From a virus: DNA of 64,000 nt. Below, in pieces: positions 55,801 through 62,969 of this stretch (position 1 is the stretch's first letter; each line of letters begins with the position of its first letter). The stretch spans positions 39,757 to 103,756 of IMG/VR virus record IMGVR_UViG_3300031999_000005; one strand, given 5' to 3'. The position numbers and the translations under genes were made by a program. Under the pieces are notes generated by a model. That model was not told the origin of the DNA. It saw nothing but the letters and a program-made list of their open reading frames with translations, and made no database searches.

Positions 55801-57401
55801 GGAGAAAGTATGACCCTGATCTTGCGCAACGGGCAGCAGTGATTCGCAGCGTTCTTGACGAGATTTGGGAGATGCTGCCCGAAAAGGCTACACGAGAAGG
55901 CGGTAAGGCGGGATTCATCAAGAACTACCTGACGCACATGGAGCGAATTGCGTCATCCAACAATGACCTGATGGCTGGAATTCAGCAGGTGTGGGACTAC
56001 CATTTCCGCAAGCCGCTTGATGACATCCTAGCTCCATGGTGGAGTTGGCGGAATCGGCGGCGCCAGTCTTATGAACACAAAATCCAGATGGATGCCGAAG
56101 GGCATGTCATCCGGGACAAGGCTGGCAGGCCAGTCTACCTACGACCGCCGGGAATGGGCAAGCCAGGGTCACCGTATGTTGAGCACCGCGGCGGATTCGT
56201 GAAGAATCCTGAAATGGATGTGCGCCGAGTGCTACCGGCCTATGTGGACTCGATTGCCCGTGTGATTTTCCGCAAACCGATAGCAGAAGAAGTTGCGAAG
56301 ATGATCCGCCAATTGCCGGAGGATCTACCGATAGGGCGGGAATTGGCAGAGTCTACCTTGCGGAATTACACCCGCTATGACGTATACCGGGAGATGGAAA
56401 GGGATTGGGAACGCTCCGCATACTCGTTTATGCGGATTACGGGCCGGTCGATGGTGGGTGGAAAGCTGGCCATCCAAACGTATCATGCGTGCCGTTTCCT
56501 ATTGAACACATTTCCGGAACTGAAAATCAAGTACAGCGCAATCGGCGTGGGGAGGGTTCTGCGAAACCCCGTCAAAGCCTATGACGAAATGGGCCGACTC
56601 GGCATGATGCAGATAAGCATTCGACCGGCGAAATTCCGCCTGCCAACCCAGGCGCTTGATAATGCCCTGGGATATTTCTATATCGTTGACGGCCTTGAAC
56701 GCGCAGCGGCCTACCATGGATTCCGGCAGAAGTTCCTGGATGCCGGGATGGACGAATTACAAGCATCGCGGGAGGCCATCAGAGAGGTCAAGCGTGTATC
56801 GGCGTTCATTGATCCTGTGCGGTCAATTGGAATCTTCACCGAGGGTAAAGGGGCGGTCGGTGTTGGTGCGCGTTTCGGGTTGCAATTCAAACACCAAGTC
56901 GCTCGGTTGGTTGAGCAGTACGCTGGCATCATACTGAAGGCTCGGCAAGATCCAGCCCGGTTTTTCTATTTCATGGGCATGGCGGCGCTGGTTTACGAGG
57001 TCCAGGGCGCCACTGGCCTGAAACTGTGGCATATTGGACCGTATATGCTCAATTTCGCAGGAGCTGTGCCGGGGCAGATCACTAAAATTGCGGTTGCACT
57101 TTGGGAGGGGAACGTAGAGAAAGCCGTGGAAGAAACCGGGTTGTGGCTTATTCCTGGCGGTCTTTCAGCGCGACACGAGTGGCAAGGCATCAAGAAAGAG
57201 GGTTTGATGGGGTTGAGTGCTGTTCGGAAACACGAACCATGGTTCGAACGGGGTGCCACCTTCATGCGGCAGCAGCCAGCGATACGAGGACCGCTTGAGG
57301 AAACATTCGGACTGAAGCACGTCAAACCGAGACGGCAATCGGCGCGGGAACGGCTGGGCTTGGAGCCGCTGCCGCTAGAGCGGATGGAGATGCCGCAGTG
57401 A
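46893..57401 (+). CDS. 3502-aa polyvalent (DarB-like) virion protein: ParB-like domain, HExxH peptidase-like domain, Strawberry-notch-type SF2 helicase
   Basis: VVNGHTRLAAAKR (ParB-like, ~50.2 kb); ADGSTALHEITH (51.5 kb); LADGTGTGKS, IIDESH, MSATP, ESGGTGINL, QAVGRVWR (53.0-54.5 kb). Confidence 0.85.
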   Translation: MALGDFYLDPLPEPEGSQAKPLTWDEINQSAIRPSRLTQPRRTTAKPLTWDEINQNQRASAQYPVTQLSLEPLPSFQEDYGPVPRSTIEPAVKELTRQWQTPAGMEQRREEPPAVLEPFRKKFGLTALAPVEQKPSIGKRLALEVLPSVAAGLVAPFIPPTTASVLARVLPEPLASLAQHASVESMFRASGAITDIAQQEIIHRLVPTPAEQREINLNYYQARSLSPQLSSQERQEYQQKYRDLKAKPELTGDIFDVLRTEVGILDPLVLTRAAADTMIEWEGPFMQGLRAFHALGAVLGKGSKAGYRAVQAANAAVAGYFTVDQAKAGGQLWQEGRYVEAVSQFGGATAMAVMGFMGALSIAAANPNLSKVQIKNEWWKRFSGSIGKYDDAAKRLFRVAKFSDGRQLPLYGEQITPKTLKEVNAAVAKGDAKVSGLSYDQVPDAQKLEVINYVEAKQRAAVAPETMKKGLALEALPEEERAAWLGVTLESEAQRTVREQTIARMAQRNQEIRDEQGNLKPGVVVRTVPADERARLAGIAGKTYRDIGNLDPADQTMVAQIEAEDGFLRSLRPPEAAKLNDAEFDVWRADRRTKEGKWQPTADAGVTRAHAEKLRETVEALIARGDLDGADRILTDNIGTRPEKIPADAKKQADAFDVLVKDLKKQVQDARGKPAEAVVEPAPAMPPELAMPGVPKPAEQPLEGASEAYIARERARIERALAGNRARLQDKNLRPEARKAAEAAVAQLEVTLEQMDAAIEDMKNYQLGGPDWMAGNEQVEEIIERHRKEIEDYERGGGITREGALPVDVQEEIRRLALEGLPPTAEPEAYQLVLDSLDRAEATQPAATVPAGPRLSSEERKRIADNVMNWFWRPAQESGRPLTPDEVNGIADDVRNYYLGGPPWRAPEELPEERRRHTPDELERIAKDVGDYWRGGPGWREPGPPRRMNAEERQAVADRARERAEQARGRPITRIVPVPRKPAVTLGVVANPVPEDVQGIVADLHLEALPPPPTEVSAAAELRLEEPPVPGRDEGYLGAPVVGHTGRMDVRGLDVIPGKLQFKKGANPKTGATDSLDAIKAWDPGAAGVIAVWWNPETEKFTVVNGHTRLAAAKRFGIKEVNVLRIEAVSIEDAYAYGALINIGEGQGTVFDAATYFRLHTGTEAERLATLERHGLNLEKPLVQQALGLARLDERLFEMAVNDDPKLKPKRAAAIGRLTADPVEQWAIFEEIVRREKRPGAYVNIEEIETLYRLAKQAGKTKKKGAGVGQTGFLFPSTEQEKNLLMTMSQEVVHQRQRLVALRAHYAAVSDEARAKVLAGLGNKNDWERNQSETERVSREIEIYDKEFDKSGTIVNILAESARRIEGDENANAIEIRNATHDAIRKAAAEIIERSVRSAGEKPEGDIGGRPAGERALPPTLTVAEFERALLATPQGRDSLAVAHIFADSAGMSFKDWVAGLASEVRLGGTYWDKLLQDRIARGDLEPGTSFEEAAKRFPEFQGMDAKIVRGMAEFIADGRAIIHIFNTADGSTALHEITHAAYKYLPAEDRAAVDRWLDSLNIKDPTERAEVFTRAAERYRYEGKAPTAELQPVFARIAAWMREIYTGAKEALLIKPNAEVEQVLERMHGGKGERGKAEAKVGPLEPLPPEAPKAVHPALEEVTEAAAIFKKAFGARPAMQAEAGTRRFQLEAVPGERKPEPEIARAAEKGLRVGRILDTDQIPSRSWISPSGNFAEVTPGKTHDGVAHQMGTTSLSLMKAGWIRKPGEGYYEVYQAVPDVLRVIQQDMDATPYLLDDPRSVIYIDQARIIGQPHTIRITGADYVQANYDLTEAVGQRFQFPNMQLLQGEGLDPELLKSAIIIGMDQYKAGRRDFASWSQHFIDEYGEKARPYLDAAWRGMPALARARAEQVVKAHPEAKARTEADVGSFRAIEEATREEKQDQEAAQAARKGKAQIGAAAAPGRAPAGGGREQPGGEVGGYAPVGTPGSPRRTDLVTGAGIEKGLQKKIQIVGEPPPSDESMVPKEMVPHLTNFQRQGAASAIRAMFPAGSYRGGGYLLADGTGTGKSLVALAVAKYAIDHGHPVLIASMPEVFSMYAKDVKPGGTFGEWLERFGLPSARYVKPNAKGEYTKRFEPGKLYFATFTPGFNHAPVDSNTVLIIDESHGAKNEYKATSQTSRGVVVADFARRAHAVMFMSATPIDMPQQITYLERAGILEGRSTREAYESLGLKSKTVTVHSKWGDIDKEVWYVDPNVGARGVNKRLDALTTRMIGDGKMLKRELSMDGVNVNILDVPVSQRAREISEDIEYALRGQTSVAGTGLEDAIIRMHQRRQFENDKIDHVINIVRKRLAGNPNEKFVLFMARTNESQVMIPKTLRDPITGERIKTREPAKDRHGNDIISPGTTAALKKRLVDEGIVKAEDIAEIHGEAEEEFLGAKGQTRTRPKDNKTEMARFQTGKVKVVIATIESGGTGINLDDVTGKNPRTMIIITAPFSAVQNMQAVGRVWRLSTQSHPEIFYLRGDIDIDHWNFGIIQNKMATLGAVVKGEAPRLDPAYMESQALLYQSERGKRGEEKPGPLMAMIPGMEDVLREQQATKDKIQGEELTAQFAGKISTKGRPEAGPLFRGTEAAPQRELFGLEALPEEKPTAKTEPQGALFQEDLEMPKSLEGPSQGELNELRVMDVTDARRLMDMLRKMGPRANRGEVLDTFLKRSKEQMEEQGRVLDAAAATVKGGAARARAEEEMLPPAGGGTPAPKGEKAYVVRLEDGSGCTFRSLRRAERFYKERLEAGESVFEPKLTDITSERLSGDIATWEGSFRSQNLALGSVRETRPIAEKLEFGIDDEYTFKGIFMRLLAEADPRYEVWVEGEKGPSESFTIISRKGTLVDAKQHAESVKRAEEGANSYAETLRREGKAVDVRYNEGKTLEGLGLGGHGWFGLKKFLEIGDILDRFENPLEAIGERSVRFRRKYDPDLAQRAAVIRSVLDEIWEMLPEKATREGGKAGFIKNYLTHMERIASSNNDLMAGIQQVWDYHFRKPLDDILAPWWSWRNRRRQSYEHKIQMDAEGHVIRDKAGRPVYLRPPGMGKPGSPYVEHRGGFVKNPEMDVRRVLPAYVDSIARVIFRKPIAEEVAKMIRQLPEDLPIGRELAESTLRNYTRYDVYREMERDWERSAYSFMRITGRSMVGGKLAIQTYHACRFLLNTFPELKIKYSAIGVGRVLRNPVKAYDEMGRLGMMQISIRPAKFRLPTQALDNALGYFYIVDGLERAAAYHGFRQKFLDAGMDELQASREAIREVKRVSAFIDPVRSIGIFTEGKGAVGVGARFGLQFKHQVARLVEQYAGIILKARQDPARFFYFMGMAALVYEVQGATGLKLWHIGPYMLNFAGAVPGQITKIAVALWEGNVEKAVEETGLWLIPGGLSARHEWQGIKKEGLMGLSAVRKHEPWFERGATFMRQQPAIRGPLEETFGLKHVKPRRQSARERLGLEPLPLERMEMPQ
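46947..47058 (+). repeat. ~34-nt exact direct repeat encoding AKPLTWDEINQ
   Basis: GCTAAACCTCTCACTTGGGATGAGATCAACCAGA occurs twice near the 5' end of the giant gene. Confidence 0.85.
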
Positions 57402-57420
57402 ACATCCAAATTTGGATGTT
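57401..57420. promoter_or_regulatory. perfect 20-bp palindrome AACATCCAAATTTGGATGTT
   Basis: Same motif family; abuts the giant gene stop and the next RBS. Confidence 0.75.
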
Positions 57421-57432
57421 GGGAGGAAGATC

Positions 57433-57729
57433 GTGCCCGACAACAACAAGAAAAATGGCCCAATGGGCCAGAATGACGCTCACTTCGATAAGAAGTTGCT
57501 GTGCTTCATCTTCCTGGTGGTTCTTGGGTGCCTGATGGGTGTCTATCGGTCCCCGGTAACTGACCAGTTTGAGATCGCGCAGAACATGCTGGTGACGGTG
57601 CTCACGGGTGCGCTCACCACGCTCTTGGGTGGCATCATTACCCTGACATCCGGAAGATTATCGCAGCGGTCTGCGGACCCGCAGCAACCGAGCACTGAGC
57701 CATCCCCGAAACCGATAGAACCAGTCTAA
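57433..57729 (+). CDS. two-TM membrane protein, possible holin
   Basis: Two hydrophobic helices; end of the late operon; GGGAGG RBS. Confidence 0.5.
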   Translation: MPDNNKKNGPMGQNDAHFDKKLLCFIFLVVLGCLMGVYRSPVTDQFEIAQNMLVTVLTGALTTLLGGIITLTSGRLSQRSADPQQPSTEPSPKPIEPV

Positions 57730-58202
57730 GCGGGCGCACCAACGGATGCCAATTCCTGGGCCAATTTCTTCGCTGCCCAATCGTGGATTCGATCTTTGGC
57801 AGCAGCCCGTCTTCTTGATTTCACGTACTTGATCTCCCCACAGTGGACGGCCAATAGATACCTGCGAACCTGATTCACTGAGAATCGGATGTCCCCATTG
57901 GAGCCAGTGAAGTGCTGAATCGTGTGGACCTTGCGCATCTCTCTGAGGTTTGCTGTGTTCGTGCCGAGCAACTCGGCCACCTCGATACCGCGCAGGATGG
58001 GGAGATCATCAATGTTGCGGCGGTGGCGCCGAGCGTCCAGCACCAGATCCCAACCGATATCCAGCACGCGGGTGCCCTGGGACGTTTCCAGCACGGGGAG
58101 TTCGCGCTCCTCGATCATCTCGGCAACCTGGGCGGAACTGAACCCGTAAAGGAGGCCCCATTCGGAGGGCCTCATCCAACGCTCCAGTGGCATGGGTTCC
58201 AT
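57726..58202 (-). CDS. HTH (excisionase/MerR-like) DNA-binding protein, divergently transcribed
   Basis: ILRGIEVAELLGTNTANLRE...GDIRFSVNQV. The only convincing minus-strand gene. Confidence 0.65.
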   Translation of the reverse strand: MEPMPLERWMRPSEWGLLYGFSSAQVAEMIEERELPVLETSQGTRVLDIGWDLVLDARRHRRNIDDLPILRGIEVAELLGTNTANLREMRKVHTIQHFTGSNGDIRFSVNQVRRYLLAVHCGEIKYVKSRRRAAAKDRIHDWAAKKLAQELASVGAPA

Positions 58203-58240
58203 GGTAGCAGAGGGGACCCAAAAAGATTTGAAAAAAAACC

Positions 58241-58269
58241 TTGATTTCTGTAAAACGTGGTGGTAGGCT
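58241..58269 (+). promoter_or_regulatory. sigma70-like early promoter with GTAAAAC motif
   Basis: TTGATT-17bp-TAGGCT, extended -10 TG, A-tract UP element. Confidence 0.7.
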
Positions 58270-58308
58270 TGTGCCCGCGTTTCCCTTAGCGAAAGGAGCC
58301 ACGCAAAA

Positions 58309-59544
58309 ATGAGCACTCCCGACCAGCAGTTCCAAGTGGACAATTCAGTTCCAAAGGTTGAATACGCGATAGTCGAAGCACCCACGCAGATGGGCCGTGG
58401 ACCACAGGACATCGTATCCAGCGCGCTGACCCCAGCACAGATCACGAAACAGGTCCAACTCATCCAGCAGGTGATGAAAGACCACATGCAGGTGGATGAG
58501 CACTACGGCGTGATTCCCGGCACCCTGAAGCCGACGCTATACCAAGCTGGAGCGCAGAAACTTGCGTTGCTGTTCCGTCTTGGGGTGCGGCCAACGGTGA
58601 CATTCCGGGTGATCGAAAAGGACTTCATCTTTTACGAAGTGCGCGTGGACGTATACCACATCCCGACCGGCCAGCACGTGTCTGCTGGCATGGGATCGTG
58701 TTCCTCGCGGGAGGAGAAATACGCTTACCGGAACGCAGCCCGGAAGTGCCCGTCTTGCGGTAATGAAGCGATAATCCAGGGCAAAGTCGAATACGCCCCC
58801 AAGGGACCGGGATACGCCAAAGGCGGATTCGTTTGCTTCAAAAAGAAAGGCGGATGCGGGAAAGCGTTTCGGGATGATGACGAAACGATCACGAAGCAAA
58901 AGGCTGGAAAGATTCCGAACGAGAACATCTGGGAACTGCACAACACGATCCTGAAGATTGCCGTCAAACGGGCCTGCAACACAGGGGTGCTCAACGCAAC
59001 GGCAGCCAGTGACATTTTCACGGTGGATGTGGAGGATTTACCACCTGAATACTTGGGTGATCCAGGGCCATCGTTTAAACAATCGCAGCAACAGACGCCG
59101 CCAGAACCGCCTCCTCAACCACGAGGGAGGCCGAAAGGGGGAACGAAGCCCCAAGCGCCTCCAGAGGAGCAGGTGGAGAAGGCAACTGCTCCAGCATCGG
59201 CACCGGCTACACCCCCGGCATCGGCCGCAACGCCAGCCGTGCCAGCGGTACCGCTTACGAACCAAACGAAATCCGAAGAAATCAAGAAGAGGAGCGGCTG
59301 CAACCAAACAACTCTCATAATGTTCGTCCGTGACATGGTGCGCAAATGTACCAAGAACGCCACCTGGGATTTGCCGCCAAAGACCGATGCCCAGCGAGGT
59401 CTGGTATCGCAGATACTCGACGTGCTGGTTGAGGGGCTGGAGAGAATCCCATCGGCATCCATTGGGGCGTTCATCCACGGTCAACCGATTTCAGAAGCGG
59501 AACGCGCCATCATGCAGGAAGTGTGGAAAGAAAAGGTGAGGTAG
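58309..59544 (+). CDS. putative ssDNA-annealing/recombination protein with Zn-ribbon insert
   Basis: HYGVIPGT.KPTLY.AGAQKL...GSCSSRE.KY...NTILKIA.KRA...ASDIFT.DVED; clustered with SSB-like and RuvC-like genes. Confidence 0.65.
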   Translation: MSTPDQQFQVDNSVPKVEYAIVEAPTQMGRGPQDIVSSALTPAQITKQVQLIQQVMKDHMQVDEHYGVIPGTLKPTLYQAGAQKLALLFRLGVRPTVTFRVIEKDFIFYEVRVDVYHIPTGQHVSAGMGSCSSREEKYAYRNAARKCPSCGNEAIIQGKVEYAPKGPGYAKGGFVCFKKKGGCGKAFRDDDETITKQKAGKIPNENIWELHNTILKIAVKRACNTGVLNATAASDIFTVDVEDLPPEYLGDPGPSFKQSQQQTPPEPPPQPRGRPKGGTKPQAPPEEQVEKATAPASAPATPPASAATPAVPAVPLTNQTKSEEIKKRSGCNQTTLIMFVRDMVRKCTKNATWDLPPKTDAQRGLVSQILDVLVEGLERIPSASIGAFIHGQPISEAERAIMQEVWKEKVR

Positions 59545-59546
59545 AG

Positions 59547-60077
59547 ATGCTAGACGAAATCAACCCTGATTGGAACGTGGACAGAGTTAAATCCGGCAAC
59601 TACATCTGGGCGCTCAAAGTTCTCGCCTGCGCCCACCGCGATTTTCCTGGCCCGAAACCGTATCTAGCGATGACCTTCCAAGTAACGACAGGGGAGCAAA
59701 AAGGCTTCAAGTTCTCCGCACGGCTCTACTTCACACCAGCGGCCGAACATTTCTGCCGATATTTCCTGAAGAAGTTCGGCTACCCAGAAGAACTGCTGAC
59801 ACGACAGCCGCGGGCGGTTCTGCGGATGTCCGCAATCGAGGGCTTGGAGGGGAAGGCCCTACTGGCAGTCGAAGTGGAAAACCAGTATGGAGTCGAGGCT
59901 GATCTAAAACTCTTCGAGCGCTCGGACGAGACTGAAATCGAGGACCGGATAGACAAGAAAACCGTGGACGCAACTCTGCCGGGGAAGGATGAACCAGTGA
60001 TTGACGTGGAGAAAGAGGGTCTGGAGGAACCGGTGCCAGAACCGCCTCCAGAGGAAGAGAGGAATGTATGGGACTGA
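59547..60077 (+). CDS. DUF669-like ssDNA-binding protein
   Basis: G.Y...V...YL.MTFQV..G..KG pattern; acidic C-terminal tail. Confidence 0.55.
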   Translation: MLDEINPDWNVDRVKSGNYIWALKVLACAHRDFPGPKPYLAMTFQVTTGEQKGFKFSARLYFTPAAEHFCRYFLKKFGYPEELLTRQPRAVLRMSAIEGLEGKALLAVEVENQYGVEADLKLFERSDETEIEDRIDKKTVDATLPGKDEPVIDVEKEGLEEPVPEPPPEEERNVWD

Positions 60078-60129
60078 AAGGGCTGGGTGTTTTGGAACAG
60101 CACCGAGCCGGTGTGGGAGGAATAGGAAG

Positions 60130-60279
60130 ATGGTCACAATCACCTTAACCAACAGGTTCTGGTTCACGGACGAAGTAACCGAAGGGATGTCGGACGAGGA
60201 ACTTATCGCGCTGGTGAGCGAGGACTTGCCGGAGATCGTGGACGGGGCGGCGTGGACCATCGAAAGGAAGCAATCGTGA
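60130..60279 (+). CDS. small acidic hypothetical protein
   Basis: AGGA RBS; GTGA overlap with the next gene. Confidence 0.45.
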   Translation: MVTITLTNRFWFTDEVTEGMSDEELIALVSEDLPEIVDGAAWTIERKQS

Positions 60280-60839
60280 ACTACGACAACATCACCGAAG
60301 TGGTCGGCCTGGACCTGAGTTTGACTGGGACCGGCGTGGCACTGGGGATCGCCGCTATTACCGATCTGTTTGACGGCAGGCGGCGCATTGATGCCGCCGG
60401 TCGCGTCGGGATGGATCGCTTGGCACATATCCGAGACGAGGTTCTCACCGGATGCAAGGAAACGACCCTCGCAATCATCGAGGGCTACGCTTTCGGCAAG
60501 ATACAGGGCATGGCAGCCCTTGGCGAATTAGGCGGAGTCGTCAAACTGGCGCTGCACGAACGCGGCATCCCATTCGTTATCGTCGCGCCGGCCAGCCTAA
60601 AAAAGTTCGTGGCCGGGAAGGGCAACGCCGACAAGGCGGTGATGATAAAGGAGGTCTTCAAGCGGTTCGGCGTGGATACAAACGACCATAATATCGCTGA
60701 TGCTGTCGGGCTCATGTACATCGGTCGCGCCCTGTGCGGCTGGTACGAGCCGACGACGGAGGCACAGCGGCAAGTGATCGAAGAAATCAAGACCGGCAAG
60801 CGGGCGAAGAAGGCGGAATTGAATCTGGCGGTGGCATGA
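60276..60839 (+). CDS. RuvC-like Holliday junction resolvase
   Basis: VGLDLSLTGTG, IIEGYAF, LGELGG, LKKF..GKGNADK, HNIADA. Confidence 0.9.
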   Translation: MNYDNITEVVGLDLSLTGTGVALGIAAITDLFDGRRRIDAAGRVGMDRLAHIRDEVLTGCKETTLAIIEGYAFGKIQGMAALGELGGVVKLALHERGIPFVIVAPASLKKFVAGKGNADKAVMIKEVFKRFGVDTNDHNIADAVGLMYIGRALCGWYEPTTEAQRQVIEEIKTGKRAKKAELNLAVA

Positions 60840-60870
60840 CGGCAGTACGGGTGAAGGAGAGGGGGAAGAA

Positions 60871-61101
60871 ATGAAGGTTACAAGGTACTTTATCGGTTAC
60901 AAGCGCGATATTAATATTACCCCCATCATCGATCCGGGATTTCGCTCGGTCAACGTCGCTTGGGGGCAACGGGACGAATTGTGGCCCGAGAAAACACCCA
61001 TATGGAAGGTGGTTCAGACAACCACGATTAGAAAGGTTCCTGAGCCGAAGCGTGGCAAGAGGAAGCCTGTCAGCCAGAAAGGAGGTGGTCCAGGTGCGTG
61101 A
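60871..61101 (+). CDS. hypothetical protein
   Basis: Strong RBS. Confidence 0.5.
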   Translation: MKVTRYFIGYKRDINITPIIDPGFRSVNVAWGQRDELWPEKTPIWKVVQTTTIRKVPEPKRGKRKPVSQKGGGPGA

Positions 61102-61573
61102 GATAATGACCCCAAGCGGCTGCCGACCGCCTAGAGTCGTGTGTTGCCGCTGGAAGCGAAGGCGAGGCGATCCTAATATGTACGATTGCCCTGACTGCCT
61201 TTCGTATACGGGAAATCCAAGGTTTTACGCCAAGGTCTCGTTTTGCATTTGTCCTAAAAAAGACCGGCGCAAAGAGAACCGCCGCTCGGAAAAGCAGGAT
61301 AGGAGACACAACGCTAACTGACCTCGAGATCGTCGAGAGGCTGGCAGGGGCGCTTACGGGAGGGTGCGGCTGTTCGGACTGCCTGGACTATGCAGCGCGG
61401 GCGCTCCCCACAATGAAGGCCATGCTGCTGGAGGAGCGGCGCTGGGGCGTGACCATGTTTGGAAACTGCCTCTGTGCAGTCTATGGGCCAGACGCACCAG
61501 CCAACTCCTGTGAGTGGTGCCGGGAACGGATTCGTATTGAGCGCGAACTGGCCGCGCTGAAAGAGGGGAAGTG

Positions 61574-62860
61574 ATGTGCAACTGTAGAATCGGCGTCGTC
61601 TGCGAGGAATGCCTTGAGCGAAACAAGGCAGGACGGAAGGGAACGGTCATGCCAGAAGCAAGTGAGAAGGCGAGGAAGACAGCGGAAAAGATTGTTGATC
61701 CATTCCATCACGACAACTTCAGTTCGACTGGAGACCGTGTAGTGCGTGAAATCACCGCCGCCATCCAGTCGGAGCGGGATAGAAAAGTGGGGTCGGCTCC
61801 TAAAACCATTGCAAGTCTTTGCGCGGATATTGCGCGTGCGGCAGGGCGCATCACGGAACTGGAATCTGACCTTCAGTATCAGACCGAGGCCAGAGTGCGG
61901 GACGCAAAGGACAGCAGTGCTAATTTCCTAACATGGAAGAAGGCTCAACACGATCCACTTAAACAGCACATCGCGGACCTGGAAGCTGTCCTCAAAAAAT
62001 CAGAGGACGCCCAGCGAGAATACTTTGAGTTGAATGAGAAGCTGGAAACCGACCTGAAACTCCAGCGACAGGCAATCAAGGTGAACCTCGATGAGCACCA
62101 GCAGGAAGTTGAAGAACTGAAAAGGGAGTTGGAGCAAGCCACCATCGCTGTAGACCAAGCGTCTGACGCACTGTTTAAGAAAGATGCGCTAATCGAGAAC
62201 ATTACCAGATCGCTCCCGACGATTGGCGATGTTCTAGCTTCAGAGAGGGTTACTGAACTGGAGAACCAACTCTCCCCCTCGCCCTGCGGCGTCAAGGGCC
62301 ATTACAAGGTCGATTGGACGGATTGGACGGAGAGGCGGGCAGGTGAGAGGCGTGTCATGGCACACATCTGTACTCCGTACAGCGGTGACTGTGTCAAGTT
62401 CCATCCTGGTCGGGTTGGTAATCAACGGACTTGGAGGAGTGATAAGCCAGGCAATTCGCGGATTCACGTGAACCGTCGCGTCACCAACTCCGGCGGTTAC
62501 TGTGCGCGCTGCGGGGAAGTGGAGGAGGCTAAACTAGAAGCCATGCGCCATGTTGCAACTGGCTGCGGTCTTGCTTGTCGGCCACGCAGTAACCTGGATG
62601 ACCTTGTGACTGCGATCAAACAAGAAACGGGGCGGGCCGTCACCGCCGCCCTCGAAGCGGCCGGGCAGTATATTCCCGGCGATCTTCGTGCCCTGGGTTG
62701 GTCTGTTGCTACTCATAACGACTATCGGCAAGACGGTAAGTTCCACACCTTCTGGTTGCTCACCAAGAGTGGCCAGTGTGTAAAGGGCGAGGGTGAAAGC
62801 GATGCGGAAGCATTGAATCAGATTCGGGTCGCCATTCTCGGGAAGGCGGTGAAGGGATGA
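61574..62860 (+). CDS. hypothetical coiled-coil protein
   Basis: Long heptad region; C-terminal GWSVATHNDYRQDGKFHTFWL domain. Confidence 0.65.
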   Translation: MCNCRIGVVCEECLERNKAGRKGTVMPEASEKARKTAEKIVDPFHHDNFSSTGDRVVREITAAIQSERDRKVGSAPKTIASLCADIARAAGRITELESDLQYQTEARVRDAKDSSANFLTWKKAQHDPLKQHIADLEAVLKKSEDAQREYFELNEKLETDLKLQRQAIKVNLDEHQQEVEELKRELEQATIAVDQASDALFKKDALIENITRSLPTIGDVLASERVTELENQLSPSPCGVKGHYKVDWTDWTERRAGERRVMAHICTPYSGDCVKFHPGRVGNQRTWRSDKPGNSRIHVNRRVTNSGGYCARCGEVEEAKLEAMRHVATGCGLACRPRSNLDDLVTAIKQETGRAVTAALEAAGQYIPGDLRALGWSVATHNDYRQDGKFHTFWLLTKSGQCVKGEGESDAEALNQIRVAILGKAVKG

Positions 62861-62969
62861 GCGGCCTGATTCTCACACTGGCGATTGTAGCGATATACTT
62901 CAGCATCTTTCGCTACAAGCTGGAACGTCACAATGATAGGACCATCGAGTTGCTGAAGAAGGAGAAACC

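Noticed and set aside
46893-57401. Giant ORF as tape measure or virion RNA polymerase
   Set aside because: Contains helicase, ParB-like and HExxH motifs. No tail tube genes are present and no RNAP catalytic motif was recognised.
2656-57420. Palindromes as CRISPR repeats or transposon ends
   Set aside because: Copies are kilobases apart with no spacer periodicity, and no cas or transposase gene is present.
58203-58487. N-terminal extension of the minus-strand HTH ORF
   Set aside because: Overlaps the divergent promoter and the 58309 gene; ATG at 58202 is the more plausible start.
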